DNA from: Schmidtea polychroa
Taxonomy: Eukaryota
Assembly: GCA_044892525.1 (NCBI GenBank)
Contig: CM097886.1
Location: 114,514,001 to 114,578,000 of the forward strand
Length of the DNA: 64,000 bases
Direction: 5' to 3'
Shown here: in pieces, positions 23,184 to 35,483 of the stretch
Position numbering within the stretch: position 1 is the stretch's first letter
How the letters are laid out: every line of letters starts with the position of its first letter
Program-made: the position numbers and the translations under genes
Notes under the pieces: generated by a model
What the model saw: the letters and a program-made list of their open reading frames with translations, nothing else
The model's database searches: none
Told to the model about the DNA's origin: nothing

Positions 23184-24559
23184 CTACTCGGTTCTGCCTT
23201 TTCCCTCTCTTCTCACATTCATTTTTATATATATTGTGTCATTCCTGGCCATGACTTCCACCTTTTGTTGCAAGATGAACTTAGGCGCTCCCGTTGCTGC
23301 ACCTTCTTCTTCAAGTGGTCTTTGGTTGGCTAATTGGTTGCCCGTTGCCTTGAAACTTTGTTCGTGGATGCTTTGGTCATTCATTATTGCGATATCGATT
23401 TTCGCCTGAAATGGCCATTCTATTATTTCGTCGTGTTCCCCTTTACATACTAGGAAGAATACTGAGAAGTGTGTTCCCAATCCTATTCCATCTCCGTTGG
23501 GATATACCTTCATTTTCATTTTGTATCCGTTCTTCCAGGAGAGAAATGCGGGGCTGGTTATCCTAGTATCTTCTCCGATTTTTGCTTTTCGTATCTTTTC
23601 TTTCACTCCCGTAATTTTCCATATGTAGGGTGTGGTTGGAATTACTTCGTTTAGATTTATTTCGGTTACTTTTTGACGGAGCACCTTGGCTTTCCATTCG
23701 GTTTATTTGCTTTTTTATGTTTGCTCGAGCTTCCTCAAACGCTTCTCTTTCTTCTAGTAATTCCTTTACCAATGCTTTCAATGAGGTTGTTTCTATCCCC
23801 ATTTGTTGTACTTTCTCTTCGTTTTCTTGCAACGCAATTGACCACATTTCTGCGTGAGTTGATACGTTTTCGGTTAGGTGTTGTGGTAATTCCTCTCGAT
23901 GTAGTAGTTTCTGACAGCCCCATTTACCTAGTACGCATATCATTCTTTTCTTTTCACATTCTTTTAGGTGCTGGGCTATTTTTAGGGTTTCACCTTTGTT
24001 ACATCCATTCGGACATTCCCCGCAGAATTCCGCGCATATTTTTTTCCTCCTGTACGTTGTGGTGTTTGAGGGTTAGGTTTTTCCACGTATCTACTTCCCT
24101 GCAGTATTCGCATCTTTCTAACCTTTCTTCACATTGGCTTTGATGTTCTTTTTCTTCGCTAGCTCGTATTGTTTTATGGCACTTGCCGCACTGGCCGACT
24201 CTGTACATACATTCCCCCATATGTTGCTTTACCTTCCATATTGATCCTTTCCATTCGCTTGGGGTATTTTTACATCCCAGATTAGTATTTAGCATATCTT
24301 TTACTGCGGCCTTATCTTCATTTGTATCTTCTAAAGTTGATATCAGGGTCTCTTTACATTTTGGGCACCACTGTGGTCTGTTTTTTATCGTTTCTTTTAT
24401 ACATTCTTTGCATAATCTGCATCCGCATTGGGTTTGGTGGGGTTCTTTTAGCAACTTTTCACATATTCCACACATGACGTGTTTGTGTATTCTGATAGTT
24501 GTGGAATTTCTGACTAACTCGATGATCTCGTTAAATTCCTCTCTTCGTTGTCTATCCAT
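23184..24559 (-). pseudogene. Intronless TRAF homologue carried by the retroelement (RING, TRAF zinc fingers, coiled coil, MATH); disrupted
   Basis: RING CGICEKLLKEPHQTQCGCRLCKEC...CPKC; zinc fingers HMGECMYRVGQCGKC and HQSQCEERLERCEYC; MATH SPAFLSWKNGYKMKMKVYPNGDG...GTHFSVFF...GEHD...EWPF. Split by stops near 23999 and a frameshift near 23670. No introns are needed to join the pieces. Confidence 0.9.
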
Positions 24560-24643
24560 ATCTACAATTAGGTACATATAGTCTTTATCGCTACAGATTC
24601 GATATTTTATTTACAGTTATTTACATTGTAATTTAGGTTTTGT

Positions 24644-25003
24644 TTATGGTTCGGAAGAGTCGGCCTCCTGTCCGCCCTCCTCTCTACTCATTAACCATTC
24701 TGACCAGTCTTCCATTTCTGCCTGTTCTGCTTCCTCCACCATTCTTTCCAATTCGATTTCCTGTCTTCGGCTATATTGGGTTATCCTCTCTATCTCTCTT
24801 TGCATTTGTTCGATTTTTACCCTCTGGTCCTCGATTATTTTTAGATAACTAAATTCTTTGTTCAAACTGTCGATAAAGTTCCTTTGCATCGTCAGTCCTT
24901 GCTCTTGTAAATTAGATACTAATTGTGCTAATACTGAGCATTGTTGTTTCCACATGTCTTCGGTAGCTGTGAGGTGGTTTATTTCGTGGTTTCTTTGCTC
25001 CAT
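24644..25003 (-). CDS. Accessory 119-aa coiled-coil ORF
   Basis: Intact ORF, Q/E-rich amphipathic pattern, located in the accessory cluster. Confidence 0.55.
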   Translation of the reverse strand: MEQRNHEINHLTATEDMWKQQCSVLAQLVSNLQEQGLTMQRNFIDSLNKEFSYLKIIEDQRVKIEQMQREIERITQYSRRQEIELERMVEEAEQAEMEDWSEWLMSREEGGQEADSSEP

Positions 25004-25165
25004 TCTTAATTTATATGTACTTTCTCAATCCTTATCCAATTTTAATTTCATATTATTTACACCCATCGTTATATAATATTGATACCGCGCTTATATAAAG
25101 ATATAATACTGTTATATACATAAACTATACTTACTTTTTACATTTATATACAGTCATAACCCTTT

Positions 25166-25522
25166 CTATTTCTGTGGATTTGGAGGGCGCTGGGCATTCC
25201 AGGCCTCCACCCACTGTTCTTGTTTGATATTATTCGGTCGTTTTACCCGATGTCGAAAATTTCTGATTCGGGTCATTTCCAATTCTCCGCGATGTCGTCT
25301 ATCTTTGATTATTTTTATTGTTCCCCCCGTTATGATTAAAAGTGCCCCTGTTATTATTATCCCACTGATCCACATCATCTGTTTTATGCTTATAATTTCT
25401 GGTTTTTCTTTGTTTGTTATTGTTGATATTGTCTCCGTACTTTCCTCGTTTCCTCTTTTGTCTTTTCTTTTCATCATCTCACGTATCCTTGTTATCTCCT
25501 CGTCCATACCCTCCTTGGCCAT
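25166..25522 (-). CDS. Accessory 118-aa single-pass membrane protein
   Basis: Hydrophobic stretch MMWISGIIITGALLIITGGTI followed by basic KIIKDRRHR. Confidence 0.55.
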   Translation of the reverse strand: MAKEGMDEEITRIREMMKRKDKRGNEESTETISTITNKEKPEIISIKQMMWISGIIITGALLIITGGTIKIIKDRRHRGELEMTRIRNFRHRVKRPNNIKQEQWVEAWNAQRPPNPQK

Positions 25523-25951
25523 TTTTTAAATTTTTTCCATTTCTTCCGCTGACACGTAATTGTCCTGGTTTTTCTCATTGGTTCTCTTACGCTTTTCTTC
25601 CTCATCTTTTTCATCGTTAAATTTTCTTTTCTTCCCTCTTTTTCCCGGTTATCGTCGACATTCCCTTTTTGATTCGTTCCTCCAGATACAAACCGTGTAT
25701 TCCTTTGGGGGTTGTTGCTGTGTTACATATTGTAAACAGTCTTCACCCGGTCTTAATCTTGAAATACAGACTTTGTGTTCTTTTCTTGGTTGGAGTTGTG
25801 TTATCACTACCTCCCCTCCTTTTTCTAGGTGTACCTCTTTCCCTTTAACTGTTGTGTTCTCTTCCCGTTTCGCTGTCGGTATGCCTCCTGTATTCTTACT
25901 TCCGTTATTGGTTCCGTATCCTCGTTTATCAATACTTGTTTCTGATATGCT

Positions 25952-28900
25952 CTAGACATACATCTTCCTAGGATGCACCTTTCTTTTAGATCCCACTCCT
26001 CTTTTAAATCCCACTGCTCTATCTATTATCTGCCTTGACATATAGATGCCTGCGTAGTTAGTCTTGGATACTATACTATCGCATTTGGTGGTTTCTTTCT
26101 CCTTGATAAATCTCATACCTAGGTCCGGATCGTCGGTGATTAGTGCCGTTGGTGTTTTTTGCGTTGAGAGTCTCTTTTCTCTGGGCGATGGTGGCACTGG
26201 TTTTCCATTTCTCATTCGTACTTTTCCATTTCCATCCTCGTCATCTTCGTTCTCATAAATTTCTCCCTTTACTTCATTAAACAAAGCACTTTTTAACAGC
26301 TGGAGTCGGCATTTTTGAGTGTTAGCTTCATATATTATGGTTGATACTCCCGTCTTGCATACGTTTTCCGTAGCTCTACACGCTGGGTTGGTTTTCATCT
26401 GATAATTATTGGCGTCAAATTGCGCTTCGTATTCTTTTAATTCAACCGTATAGGACTCGATTACTACCACTCCCGATATCACCTCGCCTCGGATTGTATA
26501 TGTACCTCCGTTGCACGATCCATCTGATGATTTTACTTTTCCGGATACATAAACACTTTCGGTTTTAATCATTCCGGTTTGTCCGTGTATTGTCACTCCG
26601 TTATGCATTTTCATCGCTCCGGTTCTAAAAAGCTCTTTACAGTCCTCTCTTTGTATTGGTACGATTTCTTAATCCAATCCGGGTAGTATGAGAGTCGAGT
26701 ACGAATATTGTCCACAATAATATGCGAGTACCTTTTTTGATACTACGCATTCCTTTGCTTGCGTTCTGATGAAATCTGATTCTTGATACACATGGTAGGT
26801 GACTTTTGTTTTTACTGTGTCCAATTTGTTGGGTGACGCCTGCCTACATTCTTCTATATCTCTCAATGAGTATTTATCTCTCATTACCATATTATCGCAA
26901 TCATAGATGGTGAAGCCCGTTGCTCCACTTGTGCATAGCATCCATATCATCATGGTCATCATTAGCGAATTTATTGATGCTTTTCTACTGGCTGGGTCTT
27001 TCATTGGTAATTCCCATTCAAGCTCGTTCAGCAACTTCTTCAATCTGACTTGCATTGACCTTTCCTGTTCGTTTTTTCGTGGTGCTTGTATGAGTCGTTT
27101 CCATCCTCCTGCTCGGATAATGTGTGGTTCAATAGTATTCTCTATGATTGCCACTGTCATTTCTACGTGGTTTGCAAATTGTTTATTGGGTATTTACCTC
27201 GCAGCTAATCCCATTAAATTGTACATTAAATAAGTTATTACCACTAGATGATGTTCGTCATCGTTTGCATTTGTTGTGAGCTGTTCAATCACTCTCTTCG
27301 TTTCATCCCAATCTGTTTTGGTGGTTTTGGTTTTCTCTTTGATTAGCTTTGGGATTATCCCTGATACGATGTGCCATAATTGTCTAGCTTCTACGCTGGC
27401 TACCTTTCGTTGCCACAAGCGTCTGAGTTGCGGGTTTGTTATTATTAACATATCTTTGATTAATTCTCGTATCCATTTTTCTCCTCTTTCGATCGTTGGT
27501 TGGGTTTCCTTTAGATCCCATACTATTTTGTCTAACTTTTCCAATCTGACTTGTCCTTGCTCTTGCTTTAGCTGTTCCTTAGTTTTGAACTCGGGCTTTT
27601 CTCCTTGTCTCTTAGGTCTTCCTTTTGCCCGTTTTTCCATCATTGTCCCCGCTTCTCTCGTATTCTCGTAATTCGGATTTCTTTCATTATCTGTTCTGGG
27701 CAATGAACTGTCGTTATTTCTCAGCCATTCATTCCATTCATCTATTATTTTATCGGTTTGTCCTTCTGGGGTTATTCTTGTCGATTCTTTTTGTTTCCTG
27801 AACTGTCCATCCGTTTCGGTTTCCGTAGTATCGTCGATGATTTCTTCGATGTTTAGTTTTGTTGGTTGTTGATAACTCGTTGATGGTTGGTTTGTAGTCC
27901 ACATTTCTGCTCCTGTCGGCCATCTTACTAATATCGGCGATCTTTCCCCTGGTTCATCGTTACTATCTTCTAGGATAATCTCTTCCACTCCTTCAGTTTC
28001 ATTGGATTTACTTAGTGCCTTGTTCGGGCTTGGAGTACTGAGACTACCTTTTGTTGGTCTATCATTTTTACTTTTCCTTTTTAACGGTTTTCCCAATGTT
28101 TCTGCCATGGTTAATACATTTGTCTCTTCCAACCTCATGGGTGTTATTCCAACGTCGGCATTATCGTCTAGTGATTTTCCTTGTAGTTGTAGATGGAATG
28201 GAGTTTCGTATGCTAATTTCTTTTTTAATTCCCTGATTTTGGTGGTTGGGTGTAATTCTACTTCCTCAACATTCTTATCTGGGTATTTGATTCGAATTCG
28301 ATATCTCTCTTGGGTGTCCTGTGACCATTCATGGTTACGCCACTTCCCGATGATTTGCTCCAGTTGTTCCGGGTACCATTCGTTGTATTGTCGGTATTCT
28401 TCTATAGTTTTTACTATCTCTCTCAAATAATGGATATTGTCCGATATTTTTAGAATGAAGTTGGCCAATGCTATCACTTGCCTTTTTTGGTTCTTTGTCC
28501 CCGTCTCTAAGATATCGCCTAGGTGTTTATATCTCTCTCTCTCTTCCCGATCTCTCGCCTCTTTCGCCTCTTCGCCGTCTATATCGGCGTATTCACGTTC
28601 CTTTTTTCTCATTGATTGAATATGTCTGGCTTCGTGTTCACTTTCTGACGTGACGTCTGTCTCGCTTTCTTCCTCTGATGTTTGTTCTATTACTTCTTCT
28701 TCATATTCTGGAGGTTCGTCTTCTTCCTCCTTTGGTTCTTCATCCATCTCCTCGATTTCTGTTTCTATGAGGATTCCCCTCTTAATTTCCCATACTTTAT
28801 TTTCCGCATTCCACGCCCTTTCCCATGGGGTTCGTCTGCAGGATCTGGTGCTTAACTTCGTTATTTTTCCTTGTAGTTCCTTTTCTCTTAACCATTTTTG

Positions 28901-31900
28901 GTGGATTTCAATTATTTCTACTGATTTTTGGTATAACGCTTTCATCCTATCTCGTATCTCTCTTTGATAGGTTACATCCCTCGTTCTGAATTCATCCATT
29001 GGTACTATTCGGATTACTTGCTGATCGTCCCACATACCCATTTCACTCAACGAGGTGTCGTCCTCAGCTCGTAATATTATTTTGCCGTACATCATAACTA
29101 CATCGTCTATCATGCCATCGCTACTCTGGTCTTGTACTTTTTCCGTTATTTCTTGGTTTATTTTTGATACTAATTCGTCTACCGTACTCTGATTGCGCAT
29201 TTTTACTTGTCGTTTCTCCTCATTTGGTAACCATATGATTATTTCCAACTCCTGTGGTTGAGTCTCTTTTAACCTTCCATATTTGTGGATCAAATTTACT
29301 GTTCTCCAATCGCTCATTCTGAGCAATTCAGTATCTCGTAATCGACTCATTAGTTCGTGCATAGCTGAGGCTCGCCTAGTTATGAGTAAGTCCCAGTTAT
29401 CTTCAACTTGTTCTTGAATCTGTTTGATGAGCTTATCCAGGTTTCGTCTCAAAGTACATTGTTTTATTTGTTCTAACTTCAACTTGATGTTAAAATCGTA
29501 TTCTGCCTTGGCGTCTTTAGCCCAATCGTAGATATTGGCTAGTTGTTTTTCTTTATGCAGCTTTAATATTTGTGTTTCCCCTGGCCATATCTGCGCGTCT
29601 ACCAAGTGCATATCCGGTTTGATTTGCTCTCCTTGATATTGATATAAGTACTCTTTTTTCCTCGAACTACCTAAATGTTCCCTTATCCAATCGAAAAGTT
29701 CGTCAGTGACTGTGTTTTTAATCCATATTCTTTCGAGTCCTTTACTCGTTCCGATTTTTATTACATATTGCGTGGTATCGACTTGCTTCATTTTCTCCAT
29801 ATATTTTTTTATATTTGATTTTTCCTCGTTTGGTATTAAATCTTTCTCGTTCCTTTCCAGTTTCATCACTTTTTGTACGAATCGTCTGAATGGTATTGTA
29901 TCGATGAACTCCTGGTTTCTCACTACTACTGGGAGTATCTCCGTTACTTGTTTTATTGCCTCCTCTTTCTCTTTTCTCAATTTTAATCCAATATCCTCAT
30001 CTTCACTTTCGCTGGTTATCTCGCTTTCACTTTCGCTTTCTTCGTTCTTGGTTATTTCTCTTGGTGGTTCGCTGGCTTCATTTAGTTGTAGTATTTCTCC
30101 ACCCAAGTTGCTCACGTAGTCTTCGTCTTCGTCTGATGACGCTGTATCTTTTGTCCTTTTCATCATGTTGATTCGCAAATTTCTCATCCTAGGTACTCTC
30201 CTTAGTTTCTTATTTTCGAATATCGTTGTTTCTTCAGATTCCAGTTCTTGTAGTATTTTGTGGTTTAGATGACTGGTTTGTTCCTGGTCTTTTTTGCTAT
30301 CATCCTTTACCTCTGTTTTCGTTTTATCGTGTTCTTTTTCGATTTTATCTTTTATCTTTTTCCAGAATATCTTCTGAATTCTCTGGTTTCCTTTTAATAT
30401 CGGGGTTGGATCCTCAGTTCTGATTTCCGGTGTGGTTTCCTTTACTTTTTCCGGTTCAGCCATGGGTACTACCCTTGGGTTTCTCCCGTAATTGTAACAA
30501 TATTGGCTTTTCATGTCTTTCACTAACCTCATCATATTTATTCGTAATGGCTGTTCTTGTCGTTGTTGGTTGCGTTCTTGTTTTATTCTTTCTTCCTCGG
30601 CCTGCAATCTTCGCCAATCTTGTGCATGCTGATGTACTTCATAATTGTTAAGATTTTCCGTGCTCCTCATCATGCGTATGTTCTGAGTTTGCTGGGGCAC
30701 TTGTACTTGCCTTGGTCTCATCATTTGTTGCATCATATGTTTCATTTGTGAGATTTCTTGCATTACGTTCATCTGTTTCCCTTCACTGGGGTTACTTTGT
30801 CGCTGCGGGTTCGGTGCATAATTATTATTTCGCTGCAGGGGTCGTTGTTGTTGGCTCCTTTCTCGGCAATCTCTTGAGATGTGACCTGGCTGACCACAGT
30901 TGTAACATCCCCTTGTTTGGCATATAGTTTCCGTATGCCCTCGTCTTCCACATCTATTGCAGTTTGCGTTTCGGTAACAATCGCTATCCCAATGCCCTAG
31001 TTTACCGCATGTTCGGCATTGTTTGTTATCGTTCGTATTTCGTCGATTATTAAAATTGTTCCCGCTTTTCCGGTTATTACGATCGTTATTATTCCCATTT
31101 GTTCGTCCTTGTGGTGGTTTAAAAATTTGATGCGCTCCTGGTATAAATTGATTCATTTTTGGTTCTTGATTGTTGTTATCTCCGTTATCCGTTTTCGCTA
31201 TGGCTGTCGCTATCCTCCCATCGTCTTGCATCATATTCATTTGAGCTGGTAGGTGGAGCTCACATCGTGTGGCCCAATCTATGGCTTCTTCCTACGTTTT
31301 ACACATTTTACATCCAACTGAGGCTCTTACTTCTTCTCGGCGTAATCCCTCTATGAAATAGCCGATCAGATTTTCCTCTGGTAATTTTCCGTTCATTGCT
31401 TTTTTCGCTAATCTTCGTAACTCACTAGCATATAATGTTATGGATTCGTTTACTCTTTGCTTCCTGTTTGCCAGTTCACCTAACGCCTGGTTGATTGGCT
31501 TGCTAGCTCCGAAAGTTTTCTTTAGGAATGTTTTGATATCTTCCCACTTCTCTAATTTCGTATCTCTTTCTTTAGCTTCTAGGTATACTTCTAATGCGCT
31601 ATCGCATAAAAACAACGGCATCCTTTTACTGACTGCCTCAGGTGTCCATCCACACACCGTGATATAGACTTCAAAGTTGGTTATAAACGTTGCCAACTTG
31701 TTGGCATTTCCGTTGAACGGTTCGCCTCTAAACTTTTCTTTATACTCGTCGGTTTTTACGACATTCGTCATGATTGGTTCTCTGAATTCGCCTGTTTCTT
31801 TTAAATTTTCCAGTGATGTGGTTAGGCTGTTGGCGGATAGTGCCTCTGCTGATGATGCTAAGCTGTTGGTTATGTCCGATAGGCTATCTCGGCTTCTAGC

Positions 31901-32495
31901 TCGACTGGGTGTATATCCGGTTGTAGGGTTTTCTTGGTCGAATTTCGGTATGTTGTGGGTTCTTCTTGTTCCTTGTGATACTCCTCTAGAATGGTTTATA
32001 GATCGACTTCTTCTGAGTCGTTCTAATTCGTCTCCTGAAAATAATACGTCTCCTGGCTTACTCGAGGATCTGAGATTTGGTTTCTCCGTGATTCCTTCTT
32101 ACGCTTTCTATCGTCTCTTGTGGACTTCTCTGTGATTAGCGGCTGCTGGATTGGGTGAATTCGGTTCTGACTGTGTGTCCTTCGAAGAATATTCTATACG
32201 ACTCTGCAATTAATATCCCGAGGAGCTTTATAAATCCTTGGTTGATTGCCGTTAATACAACAAGACTGAATATATCGTGAATTCGTTCGAAGTTGGAGAT
32301 ATTGTTGTCGGTGTCGTCTTCCGTTTCTGGAGTCTTCCGGTTACTGTATTCTTCTGTGCGGGTTCTGAATTGATTTATTCCTGGTTGATTACCGATTTCT
32401 TCGAATTCCTTTTGTGCAGGTTCTGGATTGGCTTGGGTGACTGGATTGGTTTGGTATCTAAAATGATAAAATGATCTCGTGTTGCATCTGCTCAC
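25952..32495 (-). pseudogene. Copy 1 polyprotein: Gag, CCHC x3, Ubl x3, Bcl-2-like, N-terminal part of Env
   Basis: ORFs starting 31771, 31240, 27160 and 26614 are one frame broken only by point stops at 31292, 27194 and 26669 (sense codons in copy 2). Zinc knuckles at 30866-31018. Homology to copy 2 stops at ~26010 (after IDRAVG), where the rest of env and all of pol are deleted. The N-terminus probably starts near 32495 with a frameshift. Confidence 0.88.
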
Positions 32496-33186
32496 ACGAC
32501 TTCATCATTCTTTCTGCAACATTCAAACACAAACACCGTTTAGGTTTTTGTTTGTGCTTCCCCTATTTTCTTATACCATTATTCCGCGGGTTATAATTTC
32601 CCATTATCCCGTATTTTTCGTCGATTTTAAACTATCTATATGGGGTAGTAACAATTATCTATAGAGTCGCAATAATTATCTATCGTTATCAATTATAATA
32701 GAAATAGGTCGTTGTCGGTCACTGCTTATTACCCCCCTTTATTTTCCTAATCCTTTGCGCCATGGTCGCTATTTTACCTATCTTTCTCTCACTCGGTTCT
32801 ACCCTGGAACCAAAAATTGCGTTTTCCCGGTTTAAACACACAAAAAAAATCTGTAGAGTTTCTCTCTCTACTTCACTGGGATCCCTTTATTCAGTTAATT
32901 ATTCTCTTAATTATTTATTCTTGCTTACTTTTTATTTTCGTATCCTATTGATTCACTTTCCTATTTCTCTTTCTCACTAAAGTTTATTAACATCTACCAC
33001 GAGCTCGTTTATCCCTTTCCAATTTTTCAGTTTAACTTTTATCTGTTTTCCTCAATCTTCTTTCTTAGCTAGGCTTAATGTTATATCTTGTTATGGTTTA
33101 GCTTACTAATCAATTTTAATTTTATTCGGTTGTCTCACTGTTTATCTCTGATGGCCATCTCACTAGGTTAGCTCTATTGGCTACTT

Positions 33187-33280
33187 CACTATCGTCCGTA
33201 TTATTTCACGGCCTCACTATCGTCCGTATTATTTCACGGCCTCACTATCGTCCGTATTATTTCACGGCCTCACTATCGTC
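33187..33280. repeat. 28-bp tandem repeat (3.4 units) in the 5' leader
   Basis: CACTATCGTCCGTATTATTTCACGGCCT x3 plus a partial unit. Confidence 0.95.
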
Positions 33281-33759
33281 ATGTTGTTACATTAGTTGAT
33301 TGGTCGACCTACTTTCTTCCGCTTGGGAGTGCTTCCCCTTTCCCCCTTTGCTCAAAACGCATGACGATCGCGATGATCCGTTTCTACATTGGTATGGTGA
33401 TCAGTCACACCGTAGAAACTTCTCATCATGTGCGATGGTACCCCGCCCTACGCTTCTTACTTGGGTTGATCGGTTATCCCCTCCCAATTGGTTTCTTGTA
33501 ATAGAACGTACCGCCCGAAGGTGGCTCGGTTTGTACCCTTACAGCCTATATTGGGACTAATTCCATATTACTTTACTTTTCTTTTCGCTTGATCCCAAAA
33601 ATTAAAAATAGATATAAAAGCAATAAACTATTCAGTTTGTAACAAAGATTTATTCACCATAAAATAAAAGTTAAAACTTTAATAATATTCACACAAGAAT
33701 TACATTTGATCGTCAATATCAGTTCGATGTTCGTAGTTGTTGTGGTATTTTTATTCATT

Positions 33760-34245
33760 TCAATCGCCATAATAAACCATATGGGTCTCCTTTATCTCGT
33801 GTCTACATATAGTACATCGATTTAGATTGTTCACGCACTCTTCACAGTGACTGAGGTGTCCGCATGGCAAGAACAGTACTCGTATAGGACGAAGTTTACA
33901 AGATAGACAAGTTCGGATTACGGCGACCGTCTCTTGTATCTTTTGCTCGATGGCGTCTGATATGGTGTTTAACCGGTCTTTTATTCGCTGATATTTTAAA
34001 TTCAAGGCTGGATGGTTCAATCTTTCTTGGTACCACTGGTATATTATTTCGAGATTTATTTTTTCGTCTGGGCGATTTAAACCTATGGCCAGTAACATGT
34101 GGGTAGGTACAACTAGTACTTGTTCTATGGTTTGTAGTTGTATGCTCCTAATTCTCTCTCTTTTTTGCGTAAGGGTCTGTAGGGGATCGCTGTCTATATC
34201 GATGAAGTTGGTTAATCGTTGGATCTGTTCGGTGAATTCGGCCAT
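33760..34245 (-). CDS. IAP/MDM2-type C-terminal RING protein (161 aa), copy 1
   Basis: CLSCKLRPIRVLFLPCGHLSHCEECVNNLNRCTICRHEIKETHMVYYGD. Intact, with an orthologue at 52301-52786. Confidence 0.88.
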   Translation of the reverse strand: MAEFTEQIQRLTNFIDIDSDPLQTLTQKRERIRSIQLQTIEQVLVVPTHMLLAIGLNRPDEKINLEIIYQWYQERLNHPALNLKYQRIKDRLNTISDAIEQKIQETVAVIRTCLSCKLRPIRVLFLPCGHLSHCEECVNNLNRCTICRHEIKETHMVYYGD

Positions 34246-34536
34246 GTCTATTAGGAAAGAAAATATGTTATTAATATACTACCAAGTGATGGTGATTTTA
34301 TTAAAAATTTAAGTTGTTATTGGTTATTCAATTTCGCCTTCTTTTAGATTTACTTTATTTGTTTTTAGTTTTATTATTATCTAAACCCTTATTTTTATTT
34401 ACCCCATTTATGCAATAATTCGATAGATTCTCATCGATTCGCATTCGTCAATCAATCAAACTCAGTACATCTCGGTGAATTCCGCACCAATCACTAGAAA
34501 TTCAATTGTTAGGCCTTTCCATTTATGCGTAGATAT

Positions 34537-34554
34537 ATCCCGGCTGAGCCCCCA
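34537..34554 (-). promoter_or_regulatory. Primer binding site, tRNA-Pro type
   Basis: TGGGGGCTCAGCCGGGAT lies 7 nt after the LTR end. It matches the canonical tRNA-Pro PBS TGGGGGCTCGTCCGGGAT at 16 of 18 positions and is identical in copy 2. Confidence 0.88.
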
Positions 34555-35029
34555 AAAATTATGCTGGGGTACCACTCGATTGAATCTGTTACTTCTTTTC
34601 GCTAAGAGATGATTGTCCACCTCGTATGTTATCCGTTTCGCCCGTTCAACTCGCAGTGGGACCCCACATAACTTGTCCTCCAACATAGTGCCCGTGAATT
34701 GCTCCACGTTGGTACTGCACTATGCAGGCGAGACGCCAGCAAGCAGGTGAGCTTCTGCCTTAAAACTACTCCTTGCTGAGGCCTCGACTTTTCACTTACG
34801 ACTGCCGATAGAAGAGCTTACGTCCGTTCTCAGCACACAACCGCCTAGCGAAATTTCGTTGAGCACAGATTGGCATTTGTTTACTGGATCTCTAAAGTTT
34901 TTAGCTCGACGTCCTTAATCATAATCAGACTAATCTTGAAAGGGAAAGAAAACAAAATAAACAGTAAGATTTATTGATCACCATATTATAACACAGAACT
35001 TAACCATGCACATTTCAATGTTTTTAATA

Positions 35030-35483
35030 GGCAGGGGAGATATCACAACAAAGGTAGATGGAGTCTTTGGACGTCATTATGAACGCTCACCGTGGCCTCC
35101 TACTTCTCCCATTCCGTATCGGCGAGTAACTCATCCAAATCAGAGAACTCGGAGGCGTTCTCCTCCCAGGTTACTCCGGTGGCTGAAATAACTCGTGCTG
35201 GGGGTCCGGTAGTTAGGTCTACGGTCGCGTGAGAATCGTTAATGCTAGTTGGATTTGGCAGGGGAGATATCACAACAAAGGTAGATGGAGTCTTTGGACG
35301 TCATTATGAACGCTCACCGTGGCCTCCTACTTCTCCCATTCCGTATCGGCGAGTAACTCGTCCAAATCAAAGAACTCGGAGGCGTTCTCCTCCCAGGTTA
35401 CTCCGGTTGCTGAAATAACTCGTGCTGGGGGTCCGGTAGTTAGGTCTACGGTCGCGTGAGAATCGTTAATGCTAGTTGGATTT
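35030..35483. repeat. 227-bp tandem duplication inside the 5' LTR
   Basis: 35030-35256 is repeated at 35257-35483. The 3' LTR has a single copy. It duplicates the 3' end of the LTR ORF. Confidence 0.93.

Noticed and set aside
28505-28540. YKHLGDIL as a BH3-like motif in the polyprotein (also ~56915-56938)
   Set aside because: The short motif lacks the conserved Leu, and a chance match is likely. Worth revisiting only if the Bcl-2 call is confirmed.
25224-31667. Many hydrophobic F/L/S-rich ORFs antisense to the polyprotein (and equivalents at 54163-61971)
   Set aside because: Expected shadows of a purine-rich coding strand, with no independent motifs.
33187-33280. CRISPR-like 28-bp repeats
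   Set aside because: The repeats are head to tail with no spacers, in a eukaryotic context without cas genes.
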